Assembly: GCA_010356995.1 (NCBI GenBank)
Contig: ML996700.1
Span: forward strand, 372,001 to 436,000
Source of the DNA: Trichodelitschia bisporula
Lineage: Eukaryota
Direction: 5' to 3'
DNA: 64,000 nt
The notes below the pieces were generated by a model, which had not been told where the DNA came from, did not search any database, and was given only the letters and a program-made list of their open reading frames with translations. The translations under genes and the position numbers were made by a program. How positions within the stretch are numbered: the first letter of the stretch is position 1; each line of letters starts with the position of its first letter. Below, piece after piece: positions 1 to 13,890 of this stretch.

Positions 1-3000
1 CACTTCGATCGAACAAATTCGCCTAATTTCCCATGCCAGCGCAATTCGTATGCGCCGCAACTCCACTCCAGCTGGCGCTCGTCGTTCATCTCCGCCCAGA
101 GGTCACTTGATAGTTCCCCTGGGCGACGGGGCGCGATAAGTGTCTTTGGTGCGACACCGTGCCAGTGTCAGTTGCAGTTCGCTGGCAGGCGGACAGCCTT
201 GTGGACCATTGACAGAAACACGAAGGTACATCCCTTCGCTTCCTCTGCTTCCTCCCTGAGCTGTGCATTATGTGAGACACAAGTGCACGCCCCCCATGAT
301 TCACAACTCGCGGTCATTCCGCCTTGCCATTGGATCCCGATACTTTATCCCTTTTGTGTGCCTTGACAACTCGCGAGTTCCGCGCACGACAGAAAAGGAG
401 TCGAATTCTAGACCTGAGAAAAGGAATGCCATCTGCGGTTCCTGAATCAAGAGACGGCGATTCCGCAAGGCGCCGCGCAGAAATGCGACACGGATGGCTA
501 CGGGATGGAGATCAAGGCGCAAACGGAATTGCCTCTTGAAATCGGGTTTCGGCAACAGTGCTTGCCGCACAGCCGCTCAAAAGGCAGATCAGACAGCAGA
601 AACCCACGATCGCAACCCCTCGCCGCGAGAGGCGGGCACCTCCCCGTGACCCCTCGCCCTGCCCGCCTTTCACGCGCGCACATCCTATTCGCCCTGCCCA
701 AGCGGAACACCGGATAATGCTTCACCCGGCAGCAGACTTCAGAGCGCGCGCACAATGCGCTCAATTCCGAGACCCGATCCTCTATCCAGCTGCCATGCTA
801 TGTGCAGACCGGTTGATAGCTTCATGTGCGCCTTATTACGGTACGCGGTGATTCTGCTGTCGTGACTCCTCGGGTTTTGCCCGCCAGCGTGGGCGTGGGG
901 GGTCCACCCAGCCGTTAAATCCGCGCTGCCGGAATCCCTGTCAACGCCACGTTGCCCTTTTTGGCATAGAGCGACACGGGCGCTTAGCGGCACGCGATCG
1001 GCTGGGGCAGGGCGCCGAGACGGGGGAATTTACTGCCGCCGGACCCGAGGCTAGGCCGATGATTTATAGCGGGCAGAAGCGGGTAGGAGATATCCCCGGC
1101 GCCGAGGGCTGCGGCAGTGCGGTCACCCGCCTGGAGGCGACTAGGCTCCCAGAATGGAACATGCTGTGCAAAAAGCGTTGCTATAGGCGTTGTGCATACA
1201 TAGTCCAGCAGTTATGTGGCTCGGCTTTCGGGCCTCGTATGAAGTACGAATATTTCGTCCCTAGTGTCCCGATCAGTGCCTTGCGCCGAAGTGCATCTGC
1301 AATGTCGGCCTTGACACAAATTGCTTGCATCGCCGCAGCAGAGGGTAAGGCAACGCCATTCCGCAGCCCATCATTGGCTGTTCCAGGAGATGTCGTCTTG
1401 ATATGTGGTCTGCACGTCCTTAAGGCTGCCCTCGCGTCTCACGTAACCGCGACCGCTTGGAGGCTGTGGCTTGACCGCTGACGTGGGGAAGCGGGGTTAC
1501 ACTACCCCGCGTCTTACCTCCGGCTCCTGCGCTATGACTCCGCCCCCATGCGGGGAAACAGCCTTGTGCTTGTGCATCCCGCACTTGGAACACGTAAGGA
1601 TGCTGTGGATGAAACTACGAGGTATATGCTGCTGCTTGTGAGAGAAGACGTGTCTAGCAAGATATTTGCTGCAATCAGGCATACGTAGTTCGTGTAGAGC
1701 TCGGATTACGAAGAATCAATCCCCAGGCCCGGAATGACCGCCATTCTTCGTATGGAAGGCGTGTCTCGACGCGTCAGGTTCTCATTGGCAGTCAATAAGA
1801 GAATTTGTGTAATTACTTGCAGGAGGCGGAGTGAGACATGGGGCTGCCTGGCAAGGCTGTGCTGGGACCCTACCGTAGGGCTGAATTTGAGTATGGTGAA
1901 CTCACCAAACCCTACCACTGTTAGTGTGCTACAGCAATGCCTCCTACCCCGTAGTAGTGCTCGACTGACAGGTGCGTTGAAATCAGCTTCAGCCAATGGA
2001 TACCAGCACCACAGCACTTGAGCCGATCACCACTGGTGATCAACTCAAGGCAGTACCTTGGTACATAGTTTCTCAAATATCGCATTGAGCATCATTCGAC
2101 CACCATTTGACGACTGGGAGAAGTTGAATACTGGAAGATACGGTATGTCGGAGGATATCACACCACCACCCGATATTCCCCACACTTGAGCTTTGTACCG
2201 TAGCATCTTACCTCGTCCTCGAGGTGCAAATGGCCTGTGGTAAAATGCGATAGGTTGGAGTTCAGAATCTGTCAAGCCTTCATCGGAACTGACTCCGAAG
2301 TCAATAAAAATCGGATTATATCAGCTGTAGGGGGCATCCTTATTGGGGCAGTGCCTTCGTTGCAAGTTCGACTGACCTCATACGGCTGGACGCGAATTCT
2401 GTCGTATGAGCCAGCCTTCTCATTCGGTTGTGGGTTATGTCTTTGAGCGATACTGTACTCGTAGAGCAGAAGGCCAGCCAGCGCCTATCGTCAATCTCCA
2501 CCACAATGCCATGGTGGTTGAAGTAGAGTTTGGCGAGCACTTCCTAAGCTTCTGGACAACCCATGTTGAAAGTGGCATGATGAGCTTCCAATGTTACACA
2601 AAACGCGGGGCCGAAATCCCCGGCACCATGCGCGAAGCCCAGATTCCCCCCATCTCAAATATCGCGGGAAGCTCGGAGATTGGATACGCCCGTGGGTAAG
2701 GGAAAGGTAACGTACGCAGGGGTAGCTGAGCTGAGGAATAACCGTTCTTGAGGCATTTTGCTCTTTACGACTCAAAAGATTTGGGGTTAGCATCTAATTT
2801 ACTGCAGATCGGTGTACTCCGTAGAACAGGTGAATTCCTTGGAAGCTGGAAGTTGAGGTTGCGAACGTTGTGGTGCGGTCCGAGAGTGAGCTTGGGAAAC
2901 TGGATAAATGATCTCCCAACTCCGACCCGTTTGGCGCAGGAAGGAATGAGATTCGATTCGACGTCATCGAGCGAAGTGGAGCTGTTCAAAACTTACTATC

Positions 3001-3194
3001 AACGTTATCACATTGCGCGCCGGATGACTCTCCCCACCTCTTCTCTTGCAGTCTATAAGCTCTGCTGGTCCTGAGCTCCCCTTTACGTCTACTCTATCCT
3101 AGCTACTCCAATTTTCCGACCCTTCCGAAAGTCTCGCTGACAGCTCCTATCACGCCCCAAACTCCTCGCTGGAAGCGCGTTGTCCGCCTGCACT

Positions 3195-4379
3195 ATGGCA
3201 ACGACAGGAATCTTGAGGTCAATTTCTCGGCCAACCACATCCCCAATCGCTGCAATTCGCCCTTCATTACAACACACACGCCAAATCTCTGCCTACGGCT
3301 ACGAACAAACCAAGGCCCTTATCTTCAAGAAGTATGGCGAGCCGAAGGATGTGCTCTCCCTTCACGGCCACTCAATCTCTCCGGCGCACTCCAACCTCGT
3401 CACCCTTCGCTTCCTGGCGTCTCCCATAAACCCCGCGGATATCAACCAGATTCAGGGGGTCTACCCTTCAAAGCCTACGTTCACCACGTCGTTGAGCACT
3501 CCCGATCCCGTCGCCGTCGGGGGCAACGAAGGTGTGGCGGAGGTCATTGCGGCTGGTGACAATGTCAAAGGGTTGAAGAAAGGAGATTGGGTTATTCAGA
3601 GGACTCCCGGGTTTGGTACATGGCGGACGCATGCGCAGACCACTGAGGACGGTCTGCTCAAAATCACAAACAAGGATGGCATTACTCCCATCCAGGCAGG
3701 TACGGTCTCGGTCAATCCATGCACTGCGTACTGCATGTTGAGGGAGTTTTCGGACATGAAACCGGGAGACTGGTTCATCCAAAATGGTGCCAACTCGGGA
3801 GTGGGGCGCGCCGCGATCCAACTCGGAAAGCTTTGGGGATATAAGAGCATCAATGTCATCCGGGACAGGCCAGAGGGACTAGATGCGATGAAGACAAACT
3901 TGACGGACCTGGGCGCAGACGTTGTCATTACCGACACCGAGCTCCAGTCATCTGAGATCCAGGACAAAGTTCGCGAATGGACAAATGGCGGTCGCGATCA
4001 GATCAAGGTTGGACTCAACTGCGTTGGCGGTAAGCCTGCTGGTGCCATGGCCAAGCTGCTTTCGGCGAATGCCCATCTCGTCACATATGGTGCAATGAGC
4101 AAGCAGCCAGTGATGCTCCCTGCTGGCCTGCTCATCTTCAAGAATATCCACTTCGACGGGTTCTGGGTTTCCAGCTGGAGCGACCGGAACCCGGAACGCA
4201 AGGCACAGATGGTAGACGACATTCTGCAGTTGTACCGGGATGGCAAGTTCAAGGACATGCCGCTGCAGGAGGTGCGCTGGGATTTCGATACCAAGGGGGG
4301 CAAGCTCATAGACGCTGTCCAAGGAACTCTGGAGGGATTTAGAAGCGGCAAGGGGATCTTCGTCTTTGGCAACACCTGA
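3195..4379 (+). CDS. ETR1: Mitochondrial trans-2-enoyl-CoA/ACP reductase (MECR family, mitochondrial fatty acid synthesis)
   Basis: Single-exon ORF from ATG 3195. Arg/Ser-rich presequence; motifs SPINPADINQIQGVYP, VNPCTAY, IQNGANSGVG, HLVTYGAMSKQP, FDGFWV. Confidence 0.95.
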   Translation: MATTGILRSISRPTTSPIAAIRPSLQHTRQISAYGYEQTKALIFKKYGEPKDVLSLHGHSISPAHSNLVTLRFLASPINPADINQIQGVYPSKPTFTTSLSTPDPVAVGGNEGVAEVIAAGDNVKGLKKGDWVIQRTPGFGTWRTHAQTTEDGLLKITNKDGITPIQAGTVSVNPCTAYCMLREFSDMKPGDWFIQNGANSGVGRAAIQLGKLWGYKSINVIRDRPEGLDAMKTNLTDLGADVVITDTELQSSEIQDKVREWTNGGRDQIKVGLNCVGGKPAGAMAKLLSANAHLVTYGAMSKQPVMLPAGLLIFKNIHFDGFWVSSWSDRNPERKAQMVDDILQLYRDGKFKDMPLQEVRWDFDTKGGKLIDAVQGTLEGFRSGKGIFVFGNT

Positions 4380-5051
4380 TTGGTTTGAATCTGTGGCTGC
4401 AGGTTGGGAGAACTCTTGTACACACGTTTAAGACACATGTGCCGCACGTTGGCTTGTGAATATGGCTGATCTCGCAAAGGCGCTTTCTGCCGTCATCGGC
4501 ATTCGGGCATCAAAAAGCATGGCTTATCTTGACGTACGCTGGGATGTTAAAACTCTTCAGATCCCTTCTAGCATGAACATTTGGAGGCTTTACAGTCCTT
4601 GACGGCGACTTCGGAATGGGACGTCGAAAAGTTGAGGAGGCTTGCAGTGAGGCAAAAAAGCATTGGCATCGTCGTGTGAAGCTAAAAAAAAGTGGCGCCT
4701 GACCCCACCAACCATTTTAGTTCCCCGACAGCCATCAAGCACGCAAGTTCCCGAACACCCGCTGACTGGGTTTTGTCCCACAGAAATATCGGCATAAACT
4801 GCAGCTCAATTTTCGATGCAGACGGCTTTGACGGCTCAGGCGATATTCACTCCTAGTTGAGCTTAAGTGTACGATCGGCTTGCGCCGTCAGCCTTCTGGA
4901 AAGCTTATGCGCCGTATACGCGCAGCTTTTTTTTGCGACTTTTACTTAAGTTCAACAGTTGCTCGTCGATCAGCGGGCCTGTCATGTCTCTGTCCTCGAG
5001 ATTGATGTCATCGAAGCCAACCCTCCTATTAAAAATCTCAAAGCTTTCTCA

Positions 5052-6870
5052 ATGCAAGCGGAGAACCCTGTCATAAATATCATTTGTCCAAGCTGCACAG
5101 AACTAGCACTGGATGATGATAGAACGATGATCGACGGCTCCTCACCATCATTAAGCCCGTCACCTTCATCGCCATCTTCATCCTCAACCTCGTCCAGTTC
5201 TTCATCCCCCGAGACAGCAGAGCCCTCGAAATGCCGACCACCTATGGATTCCTTACGACCATCAATTGTCCACAGGCCGTGTTCAGGTGTGTCCGATCGG
5301 GATGAGGATGATGGATTTGGCGACAAAGTGCTGGCATTGAGGGGGCGGATACGACATTTTACTTGGACGTGGTTCTGTATGACTATGGCGACTGGGGGAA
5401 TGGCTAATGTACTGTATGTATGCCCTTCATCGCATCAGTTTCTTCTGACCACCGCCAGATATACCATCCCGGAACCATTCCGCTTCAAGGCTGTGTACGG
5501 GTTAGGCTGTGCCTTCTTCATCCTGAACATTTTGCTCTTCATTTTCAATATCTGTATGATCAGTCTGCGCTTTTACCTCTACCCGTCAACTTTCAAGGCG
5601 AGCTTCTTGCACCCGACCGAGTCACTCTTTATCCCCGCTGCTGTTATCAGTTTTGGCACGATTCTTAACAACATCACCCAATATGGTGTGGGTGCCAAAA
5701 CCGGGGTATGGCTCGAGAGTGCCATGTATGGCTTCTATTGGTTTTACTGTTGCCTCGCTGTCTTGTTCTCCTGCGGGATCTACCTCACACTGTCAGTTAG
5801 ATCCGTGTCTTTCTGACTCCGCTGACGGTGTACAGATGGTCCACACAAACCTTCACCATCTCTCAAATGACCCCAGTTTGGATTTTCCCCGCATACCCTC
5901 TTCTCATAGTAGGCCCGTTCGCGGGAAATCTTGCGCAAAAAATGATCAGTAGCCCGCAACGTACTGTGTCTGTCATTGTCGGGGGCTACGTGCTCCAAGG
6001 CGTCGGCTTTATGGTCGCGCTAATGATCTATTCGGCCTTTCTCTATCGCCTCATGACGCAGAAGCTCCCAAAGGAAAGCCTGCGCCCTGCAATGTTCATC
6101 TCTGTCGGGCCCAGCGGCTTCACCATCTGCGGTATCATAACCATGGCGCATGAACTTCCGCGCGTGGTATCTCCAAATTTCATGGGAGAGGGAATGGGGG
6201 AGTTTGCGGGGAAGGTGAGCGTGGTAATGGCGAACTGGATGGGCCTCTGGCTATGGGGGTACGCAGCTCAAACTACAAGTCTTGTCCGAAACTGACGCGC
6301 GCTAGCCTTGCTCTGTGGTTCTTTTTCGTCTCTGTCGGCGCGCATTGGTCGTGCGCCACGCGCGGCCGCATGGACTTCGCCATGACATGGTTCTCGTTTG
6401 TGTTCCCGAACACGGCGCTCACGACAGCAACGTTTGCGATTTCGCAAGCGCTAGGGCATAGCTATTCGATTGCTCTGGTCGGTTGCATCATGACAGTAGC
6501 GTTGGTGATCTTGTGGTTTTTCGTTTGTGGCATGATGATCCGTGCCGTGCTGCTGAAGCAGATTTTGTGGCCGCAGAAGCAGGAAGATAGAGATGAAGGA
6601 GGTTGGGGGAAGGACAGCAAGGCGAGGGTTGGAGAGGCCAAGAGTCCCGGTTGGAGTCGATTGAATGTCATTCTTGGGGGAATGCATGACACCGAAAGAG
6701 GAGAGGGGCCCGGTCCACTTAAGAGGAGGGGTTCCTGGAGAAGTGCCGCAAAGAAGGGGCAAAAGCGGGATGCAGATACATCGGCTCGCGATGGGAACGT
6801 TGGCCAGTTGCATGGAGAGCCGGAGCACGAGGGCATCGAGAAGATGAATCCGGATGACAACGCTGATTGA
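5052..6870 (+). CDS. Malic acid / C4-dicarboxylate transporter (TDT/SLAC1 family, Mae1-like)
   Basis: RIRHFTWTWFCMTMATGG, FLHPTESLFIP, RPAMFISVGPSGFT, WFSFVFPNTA. Introns 5414-5458, 5792-5835, 6259-6305 join the ORF pieces in frame. Start codon uncertain (5052 or a downstream ATG). Confidence 0.92.
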
Positions 6871-7205
6871 TCTCTTGTTTGGATATACCCTGTTGAAGGG
6901 GATTTGGACTACAGCGATGCATATAGAGCATTTTTGATCATGAATTTGACGGCTGTTCACATTGCGCATCCCTTCAAGGCTACGGAGTGATGATTCTGCG
7001 CTCGAAGGTTCGGATGCTGCATTGATAATGCTCTTGCCGCAGGTCATCCACCATCCAGTTACTCTATTGGTCAGGAAACCTCCAACTTGGCGGGACCCTC
7101 GTTATCGATAGCGGTCTTCGAAAGTGGGATGCGGTATGACCGCGGGGCAAAAGCTTTTATATACCTTCATCTGCAGCCTCCTCCTCTCCAACCGCCTAGG
7201 GAAAT

Positions 7206-8523
7206 ATGCCTTCCGAGCTCGAAGATGTACGTATTATCTTCTTCGTGCTTCGGATTAACTTACAGCTGACCGATGCGCAACAGCTCGTCTCCTTCCTTCA
7301 TCATGGCAACGCTCAGATTCGGCAGATCGGTATGACCTTCTCTTAATCGGCATGCGCGGACAAGTTCGAGTGCTAACACCACCTAAGCTGCCGAAAACTT
7401 GGTTGGCTACTCGCTTTCACAGCCCGCGCTCTTCAAGACAGGACAACTTACTCCCATCCAAGACCTAAAACTCCTCGTCCGAGACTACCCAGTACGACTC
7501 CCGTCCACGGCTGCCGTCACTCAACTGACCTTCCGCTTAGCTCATTGCCAAAAACGCCCTCGACATGCTAATAAACCTCTCCGACGACCCTGAGGTCCTC
7601 GGGCACCTGGCGAAGGACGACAAGTTCCTTGAAACTCTCCTTCTGCGGATAACCGTATGTCAGTTGACCTAGCCGCGGGGACGGGAGCGGACATGAGGCA
7701 TAAGCTAACACATTCCCTGTGGACGCAGAACGTAAAAGAGCCTCACGCAAATGAGATTGCTATGCTCCTCGCCAATCTAGCCAAACACGACGGCATCAAG
7801 CGCGTGCTGACCCTCGAGCGCACGCCGCCTAAGGCGCTGTCCACTTCGCGCAAGGCCATGGACCAATTGATGGACTGCTTCGTCAAGGGTGCCGAGGGAA
7901 CGTACAACGCGAAGGCGGACTTCGATTATCTGGCGTACTTCTTCGCCGACATGGCGAAGCACCCCGAAGGCCGGACATACTTCGTGACGCCGCAGGCACA
8001 CGATTCGGATATCATACCTCTAACGAAGTTGACGGTTTTTACGGAACATAAATCAGCGATTCGGCGTCGTGGCGTGGCGTCGACAATCAAGAACGTTACG
8101 TTTGACGTGGAGTCACACCCGAAGCTGTTTGCGACGGACGAGGTTAACTTACTGCCGTACCTCCTGCTGCCGATTATGGGGTCGGAGGAGTATGACGACG
8201 ATGATACAGACGGAATGCTGGACGACCTGCAGCTACTGCCGCCAGATAAAGAGCGAGAAAAGGACGTTGAGATACTGAAGACCCATCTAGAGACCTTGCT
8301 CATCCTCACAACCACGAAGAGTGGGAGAGAGCTGCTCCGAAAGATCAAGGTATATCCTATCATTCGGGAAACGCATCTGCACGCCGAGCATGAGGACGTG
8401 CATGACGCCTGCGATAGAGTTGTGCAAGTTCTTGCGCGCGACGAGCCTGAGGAAGAGGGGGAAGCCACAGTGTCAAAAGAGGTTGAGGAAATGGATGAAG
8501 ACGAGGAGATAATAGAGGTGTAA
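7206..8523 (+). CDS. HGH1: Hgh1 / FAM203 armadillo-like eEF2 chaperone (DUF383/DUF384)
   Basis: Spliced N-terminus MPSELED-LVSFLHHGNAQIRQI-AAENLVGYS over four short introns; core MDQLMDCFVKG, RRRGVASTIKNVTF, LQLLPPDKERE, VYPIIRETHL. Confidence 0.93.
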
Positions 8524-8713
8524 ATCAAGCTCCATTGCAATCGGCCAGAAGTACCACGTGAATCGCTCAAGACTGTGGTATCAACGCGAGTAAGCAAAAG
8601 GTGGCCGGGCTCCATGAGAGCTCAAGCAGTGATGCATGGAGTTAACCCCAGGAGATGGGACTGCATGCTCTCAAAGCGACTTATACTGAACCACAAGGAA
8701 AAGACTGCTCCGA

Positions 8714-9877
8714 CTAGCAGTCTCCTCCCCATCCCAACTGCCGATTCACTTCATTGAAAGCCCTGATCCCTGTGCCAATGTAACCGACTGCACTGTCCAC
8801 CGAGCTATTGCCTGACCTGAATTCCGGTCGCACCGTGTTCTCGGTTGCTAAGTCCGCCTCAGTAAAGTAGCACTGCTTCTTATCCAGGACGGCATTTTCG
8901 ATCGTCTTCGCCCATCGCCGGAAAAGAGCAATTTCAGAAGCCACGGCGAACACTCTCTCGTCTAGATTATTGACGGAGTAGCGCCATTCGCATCTGACGA
9001 CGGACCAGCGCCGCGTGGCGAAGAAGAGGTATGGCCATGTGAAGAGCCACATGAAGGTGGCGTAGCATAGTATGACAATCCAGGTTGTGAAGCGCCAAAC
9101 GTTAAACCGATGCGACGTGTATACCTCGACGGCTCGGTTCTCGATAGGGAAGGTCACCTTGAGATGACCCTTGTAGTTGGTGTTGAGGATCAGAGTGGTG
9201 ATTTGATCGCTCAAATATCGCTGGTCGAGGCCAGTCACTTCGCGCGTGAAGCGGAATCTAGTCATGTCAGAGGAGACGAGAGGTTCGTAGGAAGTTTCCT
9301 ACGATCTGAGGCGCGCGTGGGATGCGCAGAAACGGTGACACCATTCATTCAAGTTTGACTTGCCATCCTCCAGATGCTTCCCTCTGAGGGCCTTACGCCA
9401 TATCGTACCGCGATGGACGCGTTCATTGTTCTCGACAGTTTGCATCTGCCTCCATAGCGGACCGTACGTAAGGTACTCAGACAAGCGCACCTTGACATCA
9501 AAGTCGGTGACAGTTTCCTTCTCTTCCTTGTCCCCCCGTTTAGTGGTTTGTGTGTGCGTACCCAGGATGCGAATCTGGAGGTTTGGCGGGATCTGAGCCC
9601 AATCGTGGATGGTCCGCTCGGCATACAACGGATCGGTGTCGAACTTGGGATCGAAGATGATATCGATCCCTTTTTGGTGCTTGAATGGCTGGATGATGTA
9701 ACGGTTCAGTGTTACGCCGGGTGCTGAGAGAGCCGCGCCCTCCACTTCATCCGAGTAAGCAGGGAGACTCTCCAAATCGGGCGCGTCTTGATCCGGGGTG
9801 GTGTGAAGGGACACAGCATCGTCAAGGGAAGGGTCGTCGCGGTAGCTTGGGGGTGAGGCGCTTTTGGGGGCACCCAT
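8714..9877 (-). CDS. Fungal hypothetical protein with PPSY/LPAY motifs and a C-terminal hydrophobic segment
   Basis: ATG 9877 (MGAPKSASPPSY); intron 9258-9302 joins ORFs 9299-10009 and 8714-9265; ends QLGWGGDC. Confidence 0.8.
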
Positions 9878-10549
9878 TGTGACAAGTTGGAAATCACAGA
9901 TGCGATGAACGAGTGGAATTTCCCAGACCCGACGTCGTTGAAAGGGACGGCAGAGGAAGGAGCCTTGAATTATATCGAGTTGAGAGGGATAGGAGAAGAC
10001 GATAAGCAACTCAACGGCAACCGGTGAGCGAGTACGCTCGTACTTGAACAGCGCTTACTCCAGCCAAGTCTTACGATCCATTTGGTGGCGAAACCTTGTG
10101 TGGCTATTTTGGGATAGGCTGCCGCAGGTCCCTGCAGCTCCAGGCTCGGGTCCGTGCATGTTGCTCAACGAACTACAGTACTGTAGCAATACAGCTATGG
10201 CAATTCATACAAGGTCGTAGCGTTCATTTGATCTTATTTCACAAACCAATGACCGCAAGCTCAAGTCCTAGCCTTTTGAGCCGCTCTGCTCCCGCTAGTG
10301 CATCCGCATCGAAGGACTTCGGAGGGATTCATTTCCTTAACGCCGGTGTTCATCTTTCATTGAAGTAGTCGTCCTGACGGAGAGGAGCCAGCCGGGTTAG
10401 TAGCTACCGATCTGAGCTCTGCGCAGCTCGCGATTAGTGTTAGTACTTCCAGAGAAGCCTACCAAAGCACAGCTGTGCCTCAATAAAGATCTTAGATGGG
10501 ATGGTAGAAGGCGTAAAACATACGCGATTGTGCCACTGTACCGGCCTCG

Positions 10550-11805
10550 CTAACCAGATGACCGGGATGACCGTTTCCGCACGCTTTCCGGACCGCCAGA
10601 GCTGCTCTCGAGGCTTGTTCCCAAGCCAGAGTCTGAAAATCCTCGGCTTAACTGTCTGCTTTGTTCGAGCACGAAGTCGGCGCTTTCGTCCTCATCATCG
10701 GCTTCAAGGGTGAACGGAATGTCGGGAGGGGTGTTGATATCCTCCAGTTCTTCATTTTTGATTTCAGGCGATTTGTAGCGGAGGGGAGCTTGATGTGAGA
10801 GTGTCGGAAAGATGAGTGGGGTGGCAGAAGTGTCAGATCGTCCTCCCTCGGCGGGCTCGCGCTTCACGTCTGCCGTGTCCGGCTTGACCGGTTTATTATG
10901 CGGCGCCTGAAAAACGGTGTTGAACAGCAGATAGACGAGGCCGAAGAATGTCATCTCTACTGACCAGAACAGGCCGGTGAGCACCACAAATGATGTAAGT
11001 TGGTAATTGTACATCACGTAGCTATGTAGGAACGTAAGCTGGGAGGATATATGCAAAGGGAATTCATACCGTAACCCTCCAAACCGGGCTTTGAATATCA
11101 CTTCCGCTCGATATATTTGCAGTCTTGTTTCGCTTTGGAGTTCGAGTCGCGCAAATGCTGGCAAGTTTTTCCAACCTTTGCTGAACTCTACAGAGTCCAT
11201 CATATCAACATGTAGCGATTCGGCCTCGTGCCGCCACCCCATTAGGTACCACGGCAAAGCAGTGGCCTTGTAGACATATTCCATTGCGGTCGAGTGATAC
11301 GTCATAGTGGCAGGGCGGCGAGACTTTGCGAGCAATGCTCCACTCGCGGCGTCCCACTCGACTTTGGAGGGCCCAAAAAGCTGCAGGTCAATCATGAAGT
11401 TGCCTGCTGCCTTATTCAACCTTGTCTGAGGCATATCAAGCACGACGGCTATGTCGTATGGCTGGCCCGAAACAAGCTCCTGGGGTAGTGTTGCCGAGGC
11501 ATTTGGGTTGCAGTTCGGCGCAAATTGGAGGTACACTGGCCGAGAGAATCCACGAATTGGGATAAATGAGTAGTAGAAAAAGAGGTAGGCGGAAACAGCG
11601 ACACCGAGCAGAAAAAGACTGGCAAGTGACAGGAGAAAAGCACCGATATACGTGCGTTGGGCGGACTTCGTCGTCGCATAATGTAAGGGGCGCAAGAGAG
11701 CATCCTGTAGCTTCGTGAGCAGGACTCATGTGAGTGTTGTTTGCAACCTGCCTTTGCGGCTATCAGCACCCCTACTTCAGTCTCATCATCTGAGATGTCT
11801 GACAT
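10550..11805 (-). CDS. SEI1: Seipin (lipid droplet biogenesis, adipose-regulatory protein family)
   Basis: Two TM segments flanking RPVYLQF, LVSGQPYDIAVVLDMP, NKAAGNFMIDLQL, LQIYRAEVIFKARFGGLR. Intron 1 ends at 11705 (donor 11751 or 11775); intron 2 is 11022-11069. Confidence 0.9.
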
Positions 11806-12428
11806 TGGGGAGGAGAATGGACGAAAGGCCTAAGCAGCTTTGTGAGCTGAGAGCTTCGTATGCTACGCGTAGTTCTAATCGAACTGGGCAAAACAATCAG
11901 CGTCATCCGAAGGCTTGGCCTTGGCCATGGAACGGGCTAGGTTCACTGGATCCAGGCACGTGCTTGGCAACGGAATCCCGGATTAACTATCACCACGGAG
12001 CAAGCCGGATCTATATTTATCCGTCAGCGGATTAACCCCCACCTGCTCCCTATGTAGAAGCACGTGGTTACGCAACATACTCGTAATCTTGCCCCACAGG
12101 CTGACGCGTTACATAGCGCGTGCTGCCTAGCAGGTGAATATAGCCTCGCAGGTTATACCCCCCGCCGTCAAACATTTACTACTCTTTTTCAACCCGCCAT
12201 CACCCATACCAACAATTCTCCCTTTGCCTTTGCCTGAGCGAAAGGTCACTCACATAGGAGCTCCTCCACCTTTTCTCAAGGTCAGCATTTCCCGAAGCCT
12301 TGAATCCTCGCCTCTGAGGGCCTTTCAGGTCAACCTCTTGAATAGCGCCACCAAACCGTTGCCGCTTGTTGGGCCTCTTTTGAATCTCCCCTACATCATA
12401 TCGACGCGCTTCTAGGCGGTCAGTCATC

Positions 12429-13890
12429 ATGTCGTGCTCTCCCATCCTCAAAATTCCCAACGAGATCCTGGACAGCATCGCTGGTCGGCTCCCTGTCGCT
12501 GATTTCGCCAACCTCCGCCTCGTTTCGCGGGAGATGAGCAGTCGCGTTTCCTCCAAGTTTGGAGCAGTGTTCTTTCGCACGCGGCAGTTCATGCTCAGTC
12601 ACCACAGTCTTGAGACCCTGCTCAACATCGCCCGCACTCCCTATCTCGCATCTGGACTTCGGAAAGTCATCATCGGGCTGAACGAGGCCACCAACTCTAC
12701 AGGCCGCACAAAGCATAGACCTACCGCTGAGTTTATTTGCCAGCAGGATGCTCTCTTGATGAACGGCTACCACATTGCCTACCTCCGCCAGGCTTTCGAC
12801 AGTCTCAAGCAGCATGTTTCGAGGATCGAAGTTGAGGTACGCGATTATGACTCTCCAACTCGTTACCGGGAAAACACCACCTGGAAAAGCTATGGCGCTC
12901 CAACGCTCATTTCGAAGGGCATCAATGTGGGGTATAAGACTGTTGGCCCGGACAGATTCTACCGTCATGACATGCGGACCGTTGGTAGGGGCCCAAATGT
13001 CTCGATTGCTACAAAGGCAATTAGCGGCCTCCTTACCGCTCTCGGCATGAGCGACATCCAATGCACTTCGTTCAAAGTGAACGTTAGATCGGCGACAATA
13101 CCGGACAGCGCATACTACGTCCACCCGTGGATGAACATTCATGTCATCCAAAAACTCAATACGTTCCATGCAAACATCGGCCGCGTAGATTCCCGCCTTC
13201 ATGCAACTGATATGCAGCTTGCTCAGTTCCTGAGTCATGCCGTGAAGCTGCGACATCTCCGGCTGAATGCGAAGATCTTCGGAATTCTAAACAGGTGCCG
13301 GCTTGCGCTTAGAAAAGTTCAACTCGTTTCCATTGAATTTGGGACATATGAGAAGGGAGTGGAAAAATACATCGCATGGCTGGAACAATTCAGGGAAACC
13401 CTGACATCTGTCACTTTTCACAAAGTAAGCCATATCACCCCCTCATCGGCGTTGTAGTTCTTTACCCGTTGAGCTTAGCTGATATTCCCAGGTAACAACC
13501 GATTTCCTCCGACTGACGGATTACATGAGCAGCCTTCCTTGGCTGTCCACAGTCGTGTTCAAGGACTGTCACTGCTTATTTCACCAGTCCTTCTCGTGGC
13601 CACTGCCGTCCGGTCCACCCCCAGGTGCCGGTGTCATTCAAGGTCCCACGCTCTTCCCAGCTTCTCCAATGTTGGACGCCATTTGTGTTCCAGAGTTGGT
13701 GATCACTCTGGGGACTAGGTATCCTGCGGACGATGGTAAGGAGCATCTTACTAGACAATTCCACGAGCTCCAAAAGGAGATCGTCCGCCTTTGCAGCGAA
13801 CCCACAGCTTATAGCCAGACCGCGGCGTCCGAGCTGGCTAGAGAAGAGGACTGTGACAGGCCTTTGCCTGAGTTGACAGATAATCAGTAG
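12429..13890 (+). CDS. F-box-like domain protein
   Basis: N-terminal ILKIPNEILDSIAGRLPVADFANLRLVSRE F-box pattern; intron ~13425-13491 (GTAAGC..GCTGAT..CAG) links to ORF 13525-13890. Confidence 0.8.

Noticed and set aside
1059..3074. Several 60-140 aa ORFs and splice-like signals upstream of ETR1
   Set aside because: No recognisable family and no consistent exon chain; a decayed gene cannot be excluded without BLASTX.
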